A DNA stretch of 64,000 nt from a virus. Position 1 is the first letter of the stretch. Each line of letters begins with the position of its first letter. The stretch is from IMG/VR virus record IMGVR_UViG_3300035670_000143, positions 10,950 through 74,949 of that record; one strand, 5' to 3'. Positions 31,101 through 39,951 of the stretch are shown piece after piece. A program made the position numbers and the translations under genes. Below the pieces are notes generated by a model that made no database searches, was not told the origin of the DNA, and saw nothing but the letters and a program-made list of their open reading frames with translations.

Positions 31101-31539
31101 TGGAGACAGAACATTACATATGTTCTGTAATGCATATGAATATGCTTCGTCTGAGATCATTGATTTGATTGACTTGATGGATAAAGGCAGGGACCATGAC
31201 TATTCATGGTTGTATGAAGAAGAACTTGGTACGTCTGAGTCAGACAAGAGCCTTGTCTACATTTTCAGTATTAGATCATTTGTTACATCTAAAGGCAAGA
31301 ATATGTCTAATATTTATGCTTGGGATGGTGAAAAGATTATTAAGATCGTTGTCTTCCCAGCAGTTCACAGTAAAGTAAAGCCAATTATTAAAGAAAATCA
31401 GTGGTTTGCTGTTAAGATGTCAAAAATCATTGAAAAAGAGTCGCTTACACGGCTTGATTCATATAAACTTGCTAGTGACACCTCAATTATATCTATTGAG
31501 AATTACATTGAAAGAAAGGGTTTGACGGTCCCAGCGTAA
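28168..31539 (+). CDS. dnaE: DNA polymerase III alpha subunit (family C)
   Basis: PHP FVHLHCHSEYSLLDG, TDHG; GRGSVGGSL; PDIDLDF; HAAG; FNKSHAVAY. Confidence 0.97.
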   Translation: MTDFVHLHCHSEYSLLDGMSTPLDIATIASTNGQYAASITDHGTMGGVLKFQNACKNTGVKPIFGIEAYFVDSVDRDGDGRHERFHLILLAKNNEGLQKLFKASQVGWTNNFYYKPRMDFNLLEDLVDNDIVALSGCLGGAICKAIEAGNTARAEQLSERFIKIFGDDFYYEVQAWNPAHINKGLFDLAASFGKKPVATADCHFPTYEDHGHEEVLLMISQYPSLNAGDLRKARENIRHDGSIIDKMNSMYPDRFLRFDEINPYIASASEIQSWFQEVGVDRIDILENTMEVAEKCSAEIPTKQRLLPKFMKSLDSDEYLREVATFELKQRGLGQDYADRLDEELGIISRLGFSDYFLMVWDLVKWADNNHVGRGPGRGSVGGSLLAFLLDISKVDPIKYGLLFSRFLNPERNDYPDIDLDFEDKQRDRVKEYLKERWGSDNVAAISIYGTFKAKSVVKDISRVYQVPFEEINNITPFFETLDELEQSPKGKVFNSKYPDVLPIARKLENRIRTAGIHAAGMVVSSVPLSDVCPVESRKNSGGDARALVTAFDMEDAEAVGLIKVDVLGLRMVSVVKDCLQKIRERHGVDVTDLSLQLDDEVVFKNFNDGNTVGIFQVDAAAYRNLIERMGISDFNDLAVSNALVRPGALLSQGQRYIDCKKGVEKPKYPHPSVEGILKETYGTVIFQEQLMQMAVSISGFSWADADKLRKIIGKKRDAAEFEQFKDKFINNAIIDKSAAKKMWAEFELAALYMFNKSHAVAYSMLSYQTMWLKVHYPMEFIWSLLYNEEAQDRITAYLMEANRLGIVVNPPDVNLSDESFSIDDDGIRFGLRNVANCGTSAITEIMAKRPFSSFEEFSAKCSKRAINSKLRDNLDKVGAYSSMNYVSSYDHEKYYLPVLGFAINLNQEENEIDKYVQPLAGFHEINSPLTFVKAVVRSTKKTPQYLRVEIEDQSGSTTIFCDRNAEIANRDLIYALIGDRTLHMFCNAYEYASSEIIDLIDLMDKGRDHDYSWLYEEELGTSESDKSLVYIFSIRSFVTSKGKNMSNIYAWDGEKIIKIVVFPAVHSKVKPIIKENQWFAVKMSKIIEKESLTRLDSYKLASDTSIISIENYIERKGLTVPA

Positions 31540-32237
31540 TGTATATAGATGCTTATAGTGAGTACGGTGTAGTAAGATACTATAATAATGATGAGCATAT
31601 GATTGAACAGGCGTTCAATCAAAAAATATTCGAAGAAGAATATATTATTGATCACCTAACTCAGTATGTAGTTAAATCTAAATTTATACTTGATATTGGC
31701 GCTCATGTTGGTTCACACTCTGTTATATATAAAAATCTAAATCCAGATGCTATCGTTTTTTCGTTTGAACCACAAAAGCATCTATATAAACTATTAACAT
31801 ATAATATTTCTACTAATAATCTTGATAGAATATATTCTTATAACTGTGCTATAAGTAACTATGTAGGAAGATCAAATATGATGCCTTATGCATCTGACGG
31901 TAGAAATGCTGGGAAGCCAGTTCAGTATGGTGGAGACCATGTATTTAACTTGGCCGGCCTGTCTTTAGGCGAAGGAGGAGAGTCTGTTCAAGTTGTTTCT
32001 GTTGACTCTCTAAAATTTTCAGGGTGTGATTTTATTAAGATAGATGTTGAGGGATATGAGCCTCATGTTCTTGTCGGTGCTCTTTCAACAATCTCGTCGT
32101 TCAGACCCGTTATTAGTTTTGAATTCAATGAAAAAATGAATTATGATCTTGGAATGTCTTCGTTTGATGTCTTAGATAAGTTAGGATATACATACTATAA
32201 CGCATGGCAAGATAACTGGATAGCTTACAAAAGATAG
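31539..32237 (+). CDS. FkbM-family SAM methyltransferase
   Basis: LDIGAHVG, FSFEP, FIKIDVEGYE. Confidence 0.9.
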   Translation: MYIDAYSEYGVVRYYNNDEHMIEQAFNQKIFEEEYIIDHLTQYVVKSKFILDIGAHVGSHSVIYKNLNPDAIVFSFEPQKHLYKLLTYNISTNNLDRIYSYNCAISNYVGRSNMMPYASDGRNAGKPVQYGGDHVFNLAGLSLGEGGESVQVVSVDSLKFSGCDFIKIDVEGYEPHVLVGALSTISSFRPVISFEFNEKMNYDLGMSSFDVLDKLGYTYYNAWQDNWIAYKR

Positions 32238-32245
32238 GAGATTAA

Positions 32246-33163
32246 ATGCTATTTGTAGATAAAAGAAAGGGAGATAGGATGCCTACGCATCAGATTATCC
32301 CGACACCAAGTTTGGGTTTGAATAAAGCTCTTGGTGGTGGTTTGAATACTGGGGCAACACACTTATTCTGGGGTACACCATCTGTTGGTAAAACAACGAT
32401 GTGCTTCAGAATTCTTGCTGAAGCCCAAAAGATGGGATTCAGGCCCATCATTATTGATTCAGAATATTCATATTCTGATGAGTATGCCAGGAAGTGTGGT
32501 ATTGATACTGACGACATTGTTGTTGTACAATCAACAATTGTTGAGGATATTTTAAAGCATCTTATTGGATATCTGAATCATCCTGATGAGAAGCACATCT
32601 TCTTGTTTGATAGTTTATCAAATATTATCAAGGAAGAGTTTTATGATAAACCTGATGGTGGTAAGGCAATGGGGCTTCAAGCAAGGTCGCAAGGGTATTT
32701 TCTTCAGAAATTAGTTAACCACCTTCATAAGGAAAAGAATATCATGCTCTTTATTGCTCATCAGACTATTGACTTAAGCGGCATGTACGCTGTTACTAAG
32801 GCTAAAATGGGTAATACAGTGCATCACAATATGCATAATATTGTAAAATTATTTTTATCTATGTCACAAAAAGAAATGGAGAGAGATGAGAGTAGTAGGA
32901 TTACTAGTCAGAGAGCGACATGGACAATCGAAAAGACCAAACAACTCCCGACAATTGGAACAACAGGATATTACTATGTCCTGCCAGAAGTTGGATCGAT
33001 TGATCAGAGTAGAGAACTCATTGACATGGCTATTGAAAGTAGCATTATTGAGCGTCGTGGTGCTTGGTATAATTACGGTGATAGTAAGTGGAATGGGCTG
33101 AGCGCCATCGATCTGACAGAAGATCAGCAAGAAGAAATTTATAAACTAATCATGGAAAAATAA
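32246..33163 (+). CDS. recA: RecA/UvsX-like recombinase
   Basis: PTPSLGLNKALGGG, GTPSVGKT, IDSE, FDS, ERRGAWY. Confidence 0.9.
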   Translation: MLFVDKRKGDRMPTHQIIPTPSLGLNKALGGGLNTGATHLFWGTPSVGKTTMCFRILAEAQKMGFRPIIIDSEYSYSDEYARKCGIDTDDIVVVQSTIVEDILKHLIGYLNHPDEKHIFLFDSLSNIIKEEFYDKPDGGKAMGLQARSQGYFLQKLVNHLHKEKNIMLFIAHQTIDLSGMYAVTKAKMGNTVHHNMHNIVKLFLSMSQKEMERDESSRITSQRATWTIEKTKQLPTIGTTGYYYVLPEVGSIDQSRELIDMAIESSIIERRGAWYNYGDSKWNGLSAIDLTEDQQEEIYKLIMEK

Positions 33164-33230
33164 CTTCTTTTCACCCAATCTTTACGAGATCTCATGCTAT
33201 GCTCAGATCAATTCAAGCATAGGAGGGTTC

Positions 33231-33635
33231 ATGCAAACATTTTTACCGCTACCTGATTTCAAGCAATCTATTGAAGTTCTGGATTATCGCAGGCTAGGCA
33301 AGCAGCGTGTTGAGACTTACCAGGTTCTCAATATTCTCCTTGGTCGCACAGATACTAAAGGCTGGGTTAATCATCCTGTCACTAGGATGTGGAGAGGTTT
33401 TGAAGAGGCGTTAAAGATCTATCAGAATTTCACCATTGGTGAGTGGGTTCGTCGTGGTTACAATAATAATATGGCTTTTGAAGATGTAGATGAGTCTAAT
33501 ATTGTCATGCCGTTCTGGTTCGGTGATGATAGAATACATAGATCACACAGATCTAATCTGCTTCGCAAAGATTTCGGTTACTATTCACAGTACTTCGATG
33601 AGCCAACAGATTTAGAATATTATTGGGCGGTTTAA
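33231..33635 (+). CDS. Pyrimidine-dimer DNA glycosylase-like protein (MSMEG_6728 family)
   Basis: MQTFLP...LDYRRLGKQRVE...NHP..RMW...HRSHRSNLLRKD. Confidence 0.85.
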   Translation: MQTFLPLPDFKQSIEVLDYRRLGKQRVETYQVLNILLGRTDTKGWVNHPVTRMWRGFEEALKIYQNFTIGEWVRRGYNNNMAFEDVDESNIVMPFWFGDDRIHRSHRSNLLRKDFGYYSQYFDEPTDLEYYWAV

Positions 33636-33934
33636 TGAAAAGAGATGAAAAACAAGAAGCAAAACGTGATGGGGCTAAGACAGTTAAAAACTCTGGTCGT
33701 GGTCTTAAGAAGGGTGATGCAACTTTGAATAAGTTTTTGCTTGATTATAAACATAATGCATCAACATTTACTTTATCTAATGATGCTTGGGTTAAGATGA
33801 GAAAGGACGCATGGCGATCCAATTACAGGTATCCATGTATATCTGTTGTTCTAGGTGAGAACTCAGAAAACAAAGTAGCCATTATTGACTGGGATGTTTT
33901 CAAGGATCTCATCGAAGGTTCAGATTATGAGTAA
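33635..33934 (+). CDS. Holliday-junction resolvase-like PD-(D/E)XK nuclease
   Basis: NSGRG..KGDA....LLDYK pattern. Confidence 0.65.
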   Translation: MKRDEKQEAKRDGAKTVKNSGRGLKKGDATLNKFLLDYKHNASTFTLSNDAWVKMRKDAWRSNYRYPCISVVLGENSENKVAIIDWDVFKDLIEGSDYE

Positions 33935-34043
33935 TTTTATTATTATTGTAGCAACATTCTATGTTGTATTTATTGTTGCATCTAGAATGATACTGAAATC
34001 AATTAAAGAAATAGACGAAAAGGATCCTTTTGATGAAACCTAG
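33927..34043 (+). CDS. Small membrane peptide (38 aa)
   Basis: MSNFIIIVATFYVVFIVASRM..., one TM helix, bridges the neighbouring genes. Confidence 0.45.
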   Translation: MSNFIIIVATFYVVFIVASRMILKSIKEIDEKDPFDET

Positions 34044-35121
34044 TTTTGGTTCTTTATTTGCTGGTGCTGGTGGTTTTGACATTGGTTTTGAGCAAGCCGG
34101 ATGGGAGTGCTCATGGCAGGTTGAATGGGATAAAAATTGTCAAAAAGTTTTATCTCATAAATGGCCGGATGTCCCGAAATATCTTGATGTTCAGACGGTT
34201 AGTGGATATCAGTTGACACCAGTAGACACGATCATATTTGGTTCACCATGCCAAGATCTATCAGTAGCAGGTCGCCGTGCTGGTCTAATTGGTGAGAAAT
34301 CATCAATGTTTTTTGAAGCAACAAGAATTATCAAGGAGATGAGAAATGCAACAGGAAATCAATACCCAAGAGTCGCTGTTTGGGAAAACGTCCCAGGCTC
34401 CCTCACAAGTAATAAAGGAGCAGACTTTGCAGCAGTCCTTGACGAAATGGCCAACATCGGGGCATTGGCAATCGAATGGCATGTGCTGGACGCACAATGG
34501 TTCGGAGTCCCCCAGCGTAGAAGAAGAGTCTTCCTCATCGCTTCTTTCGATCCTGCAATCGTCAGAAGAAGTGGACAACAAATACTTCCTATCGCAGAAA
34601 ACAGCGCAGGGGATATTAAGAAGATCAGGGCGAAAAGAGGGGTTGATTCCACCTCTTTTGAAGAAGGCTCTCGTGATAGCCTCAGAGAGTTAGATGTTTT
34701 TGTAAAAGCAAGAAGAGCTCAAAGTTCAGAGGATTATGAAACATGGGAATCTGGGAGGCCATCGCCTACATTGAATGCTTTTGATAATGCTAGTGAATCA
34801 AGGGCTACTGTTTTAATCGTTGACGGAACCAGAACTAACGATTTTCGAGTGTATGATGATGGTACGGTTCCAACATTAAAGGCTAGAATGGGTACTGGGG
34901 GAGGACAAGTTCCACTGGTCTCACGGTCAGATCAGGGCTACCGACTCAGGAGGTTAACGCCCTTGGAGTGTGAAAGACTTATGGGTTTCCCTGATGACCA
35001 TACAAAATATGGCAATGATGGTAAGGTTATATCTGACACTAATAGATATAAAATGATAGGAAATGCTGTTGCTGTGCCTGTTTCTAAATGGGTAGCAAAT
35101 AATCTAAAACAATTAATCTAA
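34033..35121 (+). CDS. C5 cytosine DNA methyltransferase (main/alpha frame)
   Basis: Motif I SLFAGAGG, IV GSPCQ, VI ENV, VIII QRRRRVF, IX RRLTPLECERLMGFP, X GNAV. Confidence 0.95.
   Translation: MKPSFGSLFAGAGGFDIGFEQAGWECSWQVEWDKNCQKVLSHKWPDVPKYLDVQTVSGYQLTPVDTIIFGSPCQDLSVAGRRAGLIGEKSSMFFEATRIIKEMRNATGNQYPRVAVWENVPGSLTSNKGADFAAVLDEMANIGALAIEWHVLDAQWFGVPQRRRRVFLIASFDPAIVRRSGQQILPIAENSAGDIKKIRAKRGVDSTSFEEGSRDSLRELDVFVKARRAQSSEDYETWESGRPSPTLNAFDNASESRATVLIVDGTRTNDFRVYDDGTVPTLKARMGTGGGQVPLVSRSDQGYRLRRLTPLECERLMGFPDDHTKYGNDGKVISDTNRYKMIGNAVAVPVSKWVANNLKQLI
34346..34693 (+). CDS. Overprinted +1-frame gene; putative methyltransferase beta polypeptide
   Basis: AAGGAG at 34333-34338, 7 nt before the ATG; W.TSG...G.CW..N.SESPSVEEE...LSILQ...VDNKYFLS...GILRR. 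Confidence 0.65.
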   Translation: MQQEINTQESLFGKTSQAPSQVIKEQTLQQSLTKWPTSGHWQSNGMCWTHNGSESPSVEEESSSSLLSILQSSEEVDNKYFLSQKTAQGILRRSGRKEGLIPPLLKKALVIASES

Positions 35122-35147
35122 TATGATATTATATACAAGGCGGTTTT

Positions 35148-35465
35148 ATGGCTGATATTATTGTTGACCCAGACTGGCTGGCTGAGCAGATGGGTGATAA
35201 GGCAACAGAATTTCTTGAATGCATGAGAATTGTTCAAGATATTATTGAGAACCCTGACTCTTATGTTGGTATTCAGGCATTAAAATATGCCAATGTTTTG
35301 GCTGCATATAGAACTCAAATGATCATTAAATCACAAGCATATAAAAGAAGATCGCAGATCATGTCAGAAAATGATAAACTTACAAACGATATTTGGAAAA
35401 CAATGTATGAATCGTTAGTAGAGAATATCAATGTTCTTAAGTTAATAGGAAGAGGTGTTCATTGA
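35148..35465 (+). CDS. Hypothetical helical protein
   Basis: 105-aa ORF upstream of the Cas4-like gene. Confidence 0.6.
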   Translation: MADIIVDPDWLAEQMGDKATEFLECMRIVQDIIENPDSYVGIQALKYANVLAAYRTQMIIKSQAYKRRSQIMSENDKLTNDIWKTMYESLVENINVLKLIGRGVH

Positions 35466-36208
35466 TGAAAGCGCTAAACTACCTAAAAAAGGGTCCAGAC
35501 ATAAAGCAGGCTGTTGTTGAAGATGAGATGACGAATGCTGATATTGAGAATGAACTTATTGAAAAAATAGATAAGTCTTTCGTAGTGAGAAATGACAAGC
35601 AGTTTAAAAAAGTAGGGGGCTTTCATCCTAGTTATACAAACCAATGCTCCAGATTTTGGTTTTATCTATTTGAAGGAGTAGAAATGGAAACAAGTTTCTC
35701 CCCTCAAACATATAGGATTTTTGACAACGGTCATGCTGTGCATGAAAGAATTTACGGGTACTTCCGTGACATGGGTATCCTCGTAGCAGAAGAAATACCT
35801 GTGACTTATTCCGACCCCCCGATTGAGGGTACTGCCGACGGTATCATTGATTTTCATGGCAATAAACTTATTGAACTAAAATCAATATCCAATGAAGGCT
35901 TTGAGTACAGAAGAATATATAAGAAGCCGAAAGACGATCACTTTAGACAGGCTCAAATATATATGAGATGCCTTGATCTTGATCAAGCATTTGTTATTTA
36001 TGAAAATAAAAATAATCAACAAATACTTCCTCTGTTGATCGACAGAGATGATGCATTTATTGACAAGTTGTTTGTTAAATATCGTAAGTTTTATAAAAAC
36101 TTTACCGACAATACTATCCCAGCTCGTCCATATAAAATGACATCTAAAAATTGTAGCAATTGTGATCTTGCTTCAATGTGTTGGAACGATGAAAGAAGTG
36201 GTGAATAA
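35465..36208 (+). CDS. Cas4-like / RecB-family exonuclease with Fe-S cysteines
   Basis: N-terminal Cys (NQCSR), GHAVH, ADG...IELKS, QAQIY, C-terminal CSNCDLASMC. Confidence 0.85.
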   Translation: MKALNYLKKGPDIKQAVVEDEMTNADIENELIEKIDKSFVVRNDKQFKKVGGFHPSYTNQCSRFWFYLFEGVEMETSFSPQTYRIFDNGHAVHERIYGYFRDMGILVAEEIPVTYSDPPIEGTADGIIDFHGNKLIELKSISNEGFEYRRIYKKPKDDHFRQAQIYMRCLDLDQAFVIYENKNNQQILPLLIDRDDAFIDKLFVKYRKFYKNFTDNTIPARPYKMTSKNCSNCDLASMCWNDERSGE

Positions 36209-36512
36209 TTTTGAAAAGATTATATGCAAAAATGAAGAGTGTAATCGCCTCTTTGAACCAAAGACTTATAACTCTATATATTGCAGCGCAGAATGTAGAA
36301 AAAAAGTAACCAATAAAAGATTACTTGATAAATATCATTCTAACAAAATAAACTCTAAATTAAAAAGAGTATGCAAAACTAAGAGTTGCGACACCATTCT
36401 ATCTAGATATAATAAAGAAAATATTTGTGAAAAGTGTAAAGAAGAAAGGTTGGTGAAAAGACTACTCCAGTGGGGTTGGAGTGAGGAGAGAGCCAGAGGC
36501 AGTGAGTATTAA
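36189..36512 (+). CDS. Cys-rich zinc-finger protein
   Basis: CKNEEC..FEP......YCSAEC; CKTKSC; CEKC. Confidence 0.65.
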   Translation: MKEVVNNFEKIICKNEECNRLFEPKTYNSIYCSAECRKKVTNKRLLDKYHSNKINSKLKRVCKTKSCDTILSRYNKENICEKCKEERLVKRLLQWGWSEERARGSEY

Positions 36513-37074
36513 AAAACTTGTAGGTTATAAAAACTGTATATCAATTGACCCTTCATCAAATTCTTTGGCCTGGGCAGTCATAAATTATGACAATAAACTT
36601 ATCGGGACAGGAAAAATATCTCTTGGTAAAGGGTCTTCAATGTCAGCAAAGTTACAGTCTATAAATGATCAACTACCTGAAATATTAAGCAAATATAAAG
36701 TTGATAGAGCTGTTATTGAGCAGTCAGTTTATATTCAAAACTTTCAATCAAGTAGGATATTATCTTATATAATTGGCCATACTTTTGGTGAGATAATAAG
36801 ATGTAACATTCAATGTGAAGATGTTTCTCCTTTATCTTGGAAGCCTGGCATTGGATATAAAAATCTTTCAAAAAGAGAAGTTGAAGAACTAAAAAAACAA
36901 GGAATTGATTTAAGCAATCAAGCTAAACTTAAGACCGAAAGAAAAGATCGTGTTAGAAGAATTATTATGATGGCTTATGGGAAAGATATAGAAAATATTG
37001 AAGATGATGATATTGTAGACGCAATTGGTATTGGTTTATGGTATCATCTAAAGTATGCCGCTAGAGCCATATAA
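36502..37074 (+). CDS. ruvC: RuvC-like resolvase
   Basis: ISIDPS, AVIEQ, PLSWK, DDIVDAIGIG. Confidence 0.85.
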   Translation: MSIKKLVGYKNCISIDPSSNSLAWAVINYDNKLIGTGKISLGKGSSMSAKLQSINDQLPEILSKYKVDRAVIEQSVYIQNFQSSRILSYIIGHTFGEIIRCNIQCEDVSPLSWKPGIGYKNLSKREVEELKKQGIDLSNQAKLKTERKDRVRRIIMMAYGKDIENIEDDDIVDAIGIGLWYHLKYAARAI

Positions 37075-37351
37075 AGATAAGTCCTGGCTGTATGAACACT
37101 ATGTCAAAAAGAGAATGAATCTTACTGACATATGTAAATTACTAAAGCAGAGTTATAACATTACTGTTACACCTCAGGCAGTCTATAACTGGGCTAAGAA
37201 GTTTGATTTGCTAAAGTATCGTGGTAAGGGTCGCAATCTCTCTAGTACCGCCATGCGCAGACCAAAATCGCCAATGCAGGAGCGTGTTGAAAAACAAAGA
37301 AGAGAGATGCAAAAAAGGAACAAAATGAGAAGAAAGAAGATGGGACGATGA
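37055..37351 (+). CDS. HTH DNA-binding protein
   Basis: YKDKSWLYEHYV...IC......VTPQAVYNW; basic tail. Confidence 0.65.
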   Translation: MPLEPYKDKSWLYEHYVKKRMNLTDICKLLKQSYNITVTPQAVYNWAKKFDLLKYRGKGRNLSSTAMRRPKSPMQERVEKQRREMQKRNKMRRKKMGR

Positions 37352-38130
37352 GAAGAAGTGTGACAAAAAAAGATATATCAACATTTGCTCATCTTGATAT
37401 GATATATAATCATATTAGAGTGTTAGAAGCTCAGCAAAATACTACTAAGTTTAAATGTCTTGGGTCTGGCGAGTGTTGCAAAATAGGTTTGGTTATACCA
37501 ATGGCTGAATGTGCTCATATTGCATTCAGATTAAACAAAGAGTATTATCTTAAACTTGAAGATCTTGGGGAGAATGCTGCAAATGAATGGCTGAACTCTG
37601 TAATCCAGTCTCTGAAAGAGGCGATGTTTGATGAAGACTGGCAGGAGGGCGGGGAAACAACTCGCCATTGCGCCTTCTACAAGGGTGGATGTACTATCTA
37701 TGGATTTAGGCCGATGGTGTGTCGTACATTTGGAACTATTACGAATGTAGATAACTACTGCCCTAGAATTCGTAATGCTGAGAATGGCATTGATTTTTAC
37801 GGTGGTGAGCCAGTCCAGGCAATCATTAAAGAATATCAGAGTCTTCTAAAAGAATATGCTTCTGACAAAGACCATAACTATGACATGACAGTGTATATGG
37901 CAACTGGTGTTTTAAGCTTCATGCTTCCTATTGAAGAATTGCAGGAACTCCACGAAAAGACCCCCGAAAAATTCTGGAAGGGGGTCAAGGGGTGGTACAA
38001 TTACCGTGTGGAATTTACCAGACTTCACGGCTATGATTACAATCATTTGCTTGCTTGCTCCGAAGAGGACGGCATCCCGTTGGTCTTTCCAGATTCTGCA
38101 CCACTATCTTTTAATGAAAGCGAGGGTTAA
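37348..38130 (+). CDS. YkgJ/FliB-like cysteine-cluster protein
   Basis: FKCLGSGECC...CAFY..GCTIY..RPMVCRTF...C. Confidence 0.8.
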   Translation: MRRSVTKKDISTFAHLDMIYNHIRVLEAQQNTTKFKCLGSGECCKIGLVIPMAECAHIAFRLNKEYYLKLEDLGENAANEWLNSVIQSLKEAMFDEDWQEGGETTRHCAFYKGGCTIYGFRPMVCRTFGTITNVDNYCPRIRNAENGIDFYGGEPVQAIIKEYQSLLKEYASDKDHNYDMTVYMATGVLSFMLPIEELQELHEKTPEKFWKGVKGWYNYRVEFTRLHGYDYNHLLACSEEDGIPLVFPDSAPLSFNESEG

Positions 38131-38225
38131 TGGTAATTAAAGAAGTTCGAGAAGTTAGAAATAAGATTTTTGACAATGGGAAGATCAGAATCTTTGAAAT
38201 AACTTCTGAAAAGTTAGCAAAGTAG

Positions 38226-38258
38226 TCAAACAGGGAGGGATTTTCCCTCCCTGTTTGA
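38226..38258. terminator. 15-bp perfect hairpin, probable terminator
   Basis: TCAAACAGGGAGGGA-TTT-TCCCTCCCTGTTTGA. Confidence 0.7.
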
Positions 38259-38270
38259 TATAATTTGTAT

Positions 38271-39311
38271 GTGAAAAAACTGGTGTGGTTGACCCACTCT
38301 CATTTAAAATTGGGTGATGGCTATGGATACGCTGCCGATAACATACTTAGTAGGCTAAAAAAAACATTCACGTTTGCGTACCCACCTAGCTCCCCATCTG
38401 ACTTAGAATTACCTCCTGGCGTTGGCTATTCTGTTGAGTGTAAATGCCCAGAAAGCATAACATTTCAGAATGGTCTGCCCCCATATTTTAATAATCATGG
38501 TAAATATAATGTAGGTTTTTGTTATTGGGAAACAGATAAAGTGCCAGATGGATGGATTCCTCATATGCAAAGAATGGACGAAATTTGGACTACATCTGAT
38601 TTTGTATATAACGTATTCAAATCTTGCAATGTAAATGAAAATATTTATAAATTCAATCTCGGATTTGATAATAATGTTTTTACAAAAACAGAGTCTACTC
38701 CCAATGGCCCGTTTACGTTCTTGTCTATCGGATCCCCCTCAACCAGGAAGAATAGTCAGATTGCTGTTGATGCTTTTGTAAAAGTCAAAAGCAAGTACAA
38801 AGATATTAGATTAATATATAAGTCCAGTGGCCCCCCTGACGCTCGTTTATATCATGGCAATATGAGGCAAGCTTTGTATAACGTGCCATATATAAATGTT
38901 ATTGACACAATTCTTTCTGAGCAAGAATATGCTGATATGTATAGAAAGGCTCATTGTCTTATATATCCAACAAGTGGTGAAGGCTGGGGTATGATACCAT
39001 TTCAAGCTATTGCTATGGGTATTCCTACAATATGTACAAATGCTACTTCATGCACTGAGTATTCTGATTTGTCTATTCCTTTAAATTTTGAATGGTCACC
39101 TGTGCAAATGGGTGGTGTGTATAGTAATACAGGGAATTGGGCTATGCCGAGCTTAGATGACTTATGTGATAAAATGATATATGCAATTGAAAATTATGAA
39201 TATGAAAAAGATAGAGCTTTGTCTGCCGCAGATTTTCTACATGAAAATTACACTTGGGACATAGTTTCAAAGGACTATAAAGATAGAATATGGGAAATAT
39301 TGAAAAAGTAG
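38271..39311 (+). CDS. GT-B (GT4-like) glycosyltransferase
   Basis: GDGYG, YWETD, DEIW..S, RKN, YPTSGEGWGM.P..A.AMG.P.I; leaderless GTG start. Confidence 0.88.
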   Translation: MKKLVWLTHSHLKLGDGYGYAADNILSRLKKTFTFAYPPSSPSDLELPPGVGYSVECKCPESITFQNGLPPYFNNHGKYNVGFCYWETDKVPDGWIPHMQRMDEIWTTSDFVYNVFKSCNVNENIYKFNLGFDNNVFTKTESTPNGPFTFLSIGSPSTRKNSQIAVDAFVKVKSKYKDIRLIYKSSGPPDARLYHGNMRQALYNVPYINVIDTILSEQEYADMYRKAHCLIYPTSGEGWGMIPFQAIAMGIPTICTNATSCTEYSDLSIPLNFEWSPVQMGGVYSNTGNWAMPSLDDLCDKMIYAIENYEYEKDRALSAADFLHENYTWDIVSKDYKDRIWEILKK

Positions 39312-39844
39312 AAGAAAAAAGCATTTTTGATAAATTAAAAGATATTGAAAATGTCGGTTTGCTACATGTAAAAGGCTACTCCAATTCGGAAATTGGATCT
39401 TTGATGGCTCTTAAACCTGCTGATGTAAAAGATTATATCGCTGAGTACAAGAAGATACTGCAACAGCAAGTTGATTCTGATCCGTACTTCTTGGAGAGAG
39501 TCCAGTTCAATACTGTTAAGTCACTTCAGGAGTTTGATGAATTATCAAAGGAAGCATGGGAAACTATATCCATTGCTACCGAGCACGGCATGGTTGCTGC
39601 AAGGATCCAGGCTATTAAGTTAGCCGGCGAGATTGCTTCTAAAAAGGCTCAACTTCATAAACTACTAGGTGCTTCCACCACCGACACAGAATTTGTTGCT
39701 CGAATGCAAAAGGCAGAAAGCGTGAACCAGATTCTGTCAAGAGTCCTCAGAGATGTAATTGGCCGCTACCCAGAAATCGCTGATGAGGTAAGAAAAGAAC
39801 TTGAAATAGCATTTGAAATAATGAGTTCTTCAAATGCCTCATAA
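39290..39844 (+). CDS. Probable terminase small subunit
   Basis: N-terminal HTH (KGYSNSEIG), helical, immediately upstream of terL. Confidence 0.55.
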   Translation: MGNIEKVEEKSIFDKLKDIENVGLLHVKGYSNSEIGSLMALKPADVKDYIAEYKKILQQQVDSDPYFLERVQFNTVKSLQEFDELSKEAWETISIATEHGMVAARIQAIKLAGEIASKKAQLHKLLGASTTDTEFVARMQKAESVNQILSRVLRDVIGRYPEIADEVRKELEIAFEIMSSSNAS

Positions 39845-39951
39845 CAAGGAACGGAAAAAAATCGCATTATATATGAAAAAATCATTATACCAAGTAAGTA
39901 CAAGGAGGCCCATTTACATGTATGTTTTTGGTGACACAAAGGTAATTACCC

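Noticed and set aside
35465-36208. Cas4-like gene as a sign of CRISPR-Cas
   Set aside because: No repeat-spacer array or other cas gene in the window; solo Cas4-like exonucleases are common in phage replication modules.
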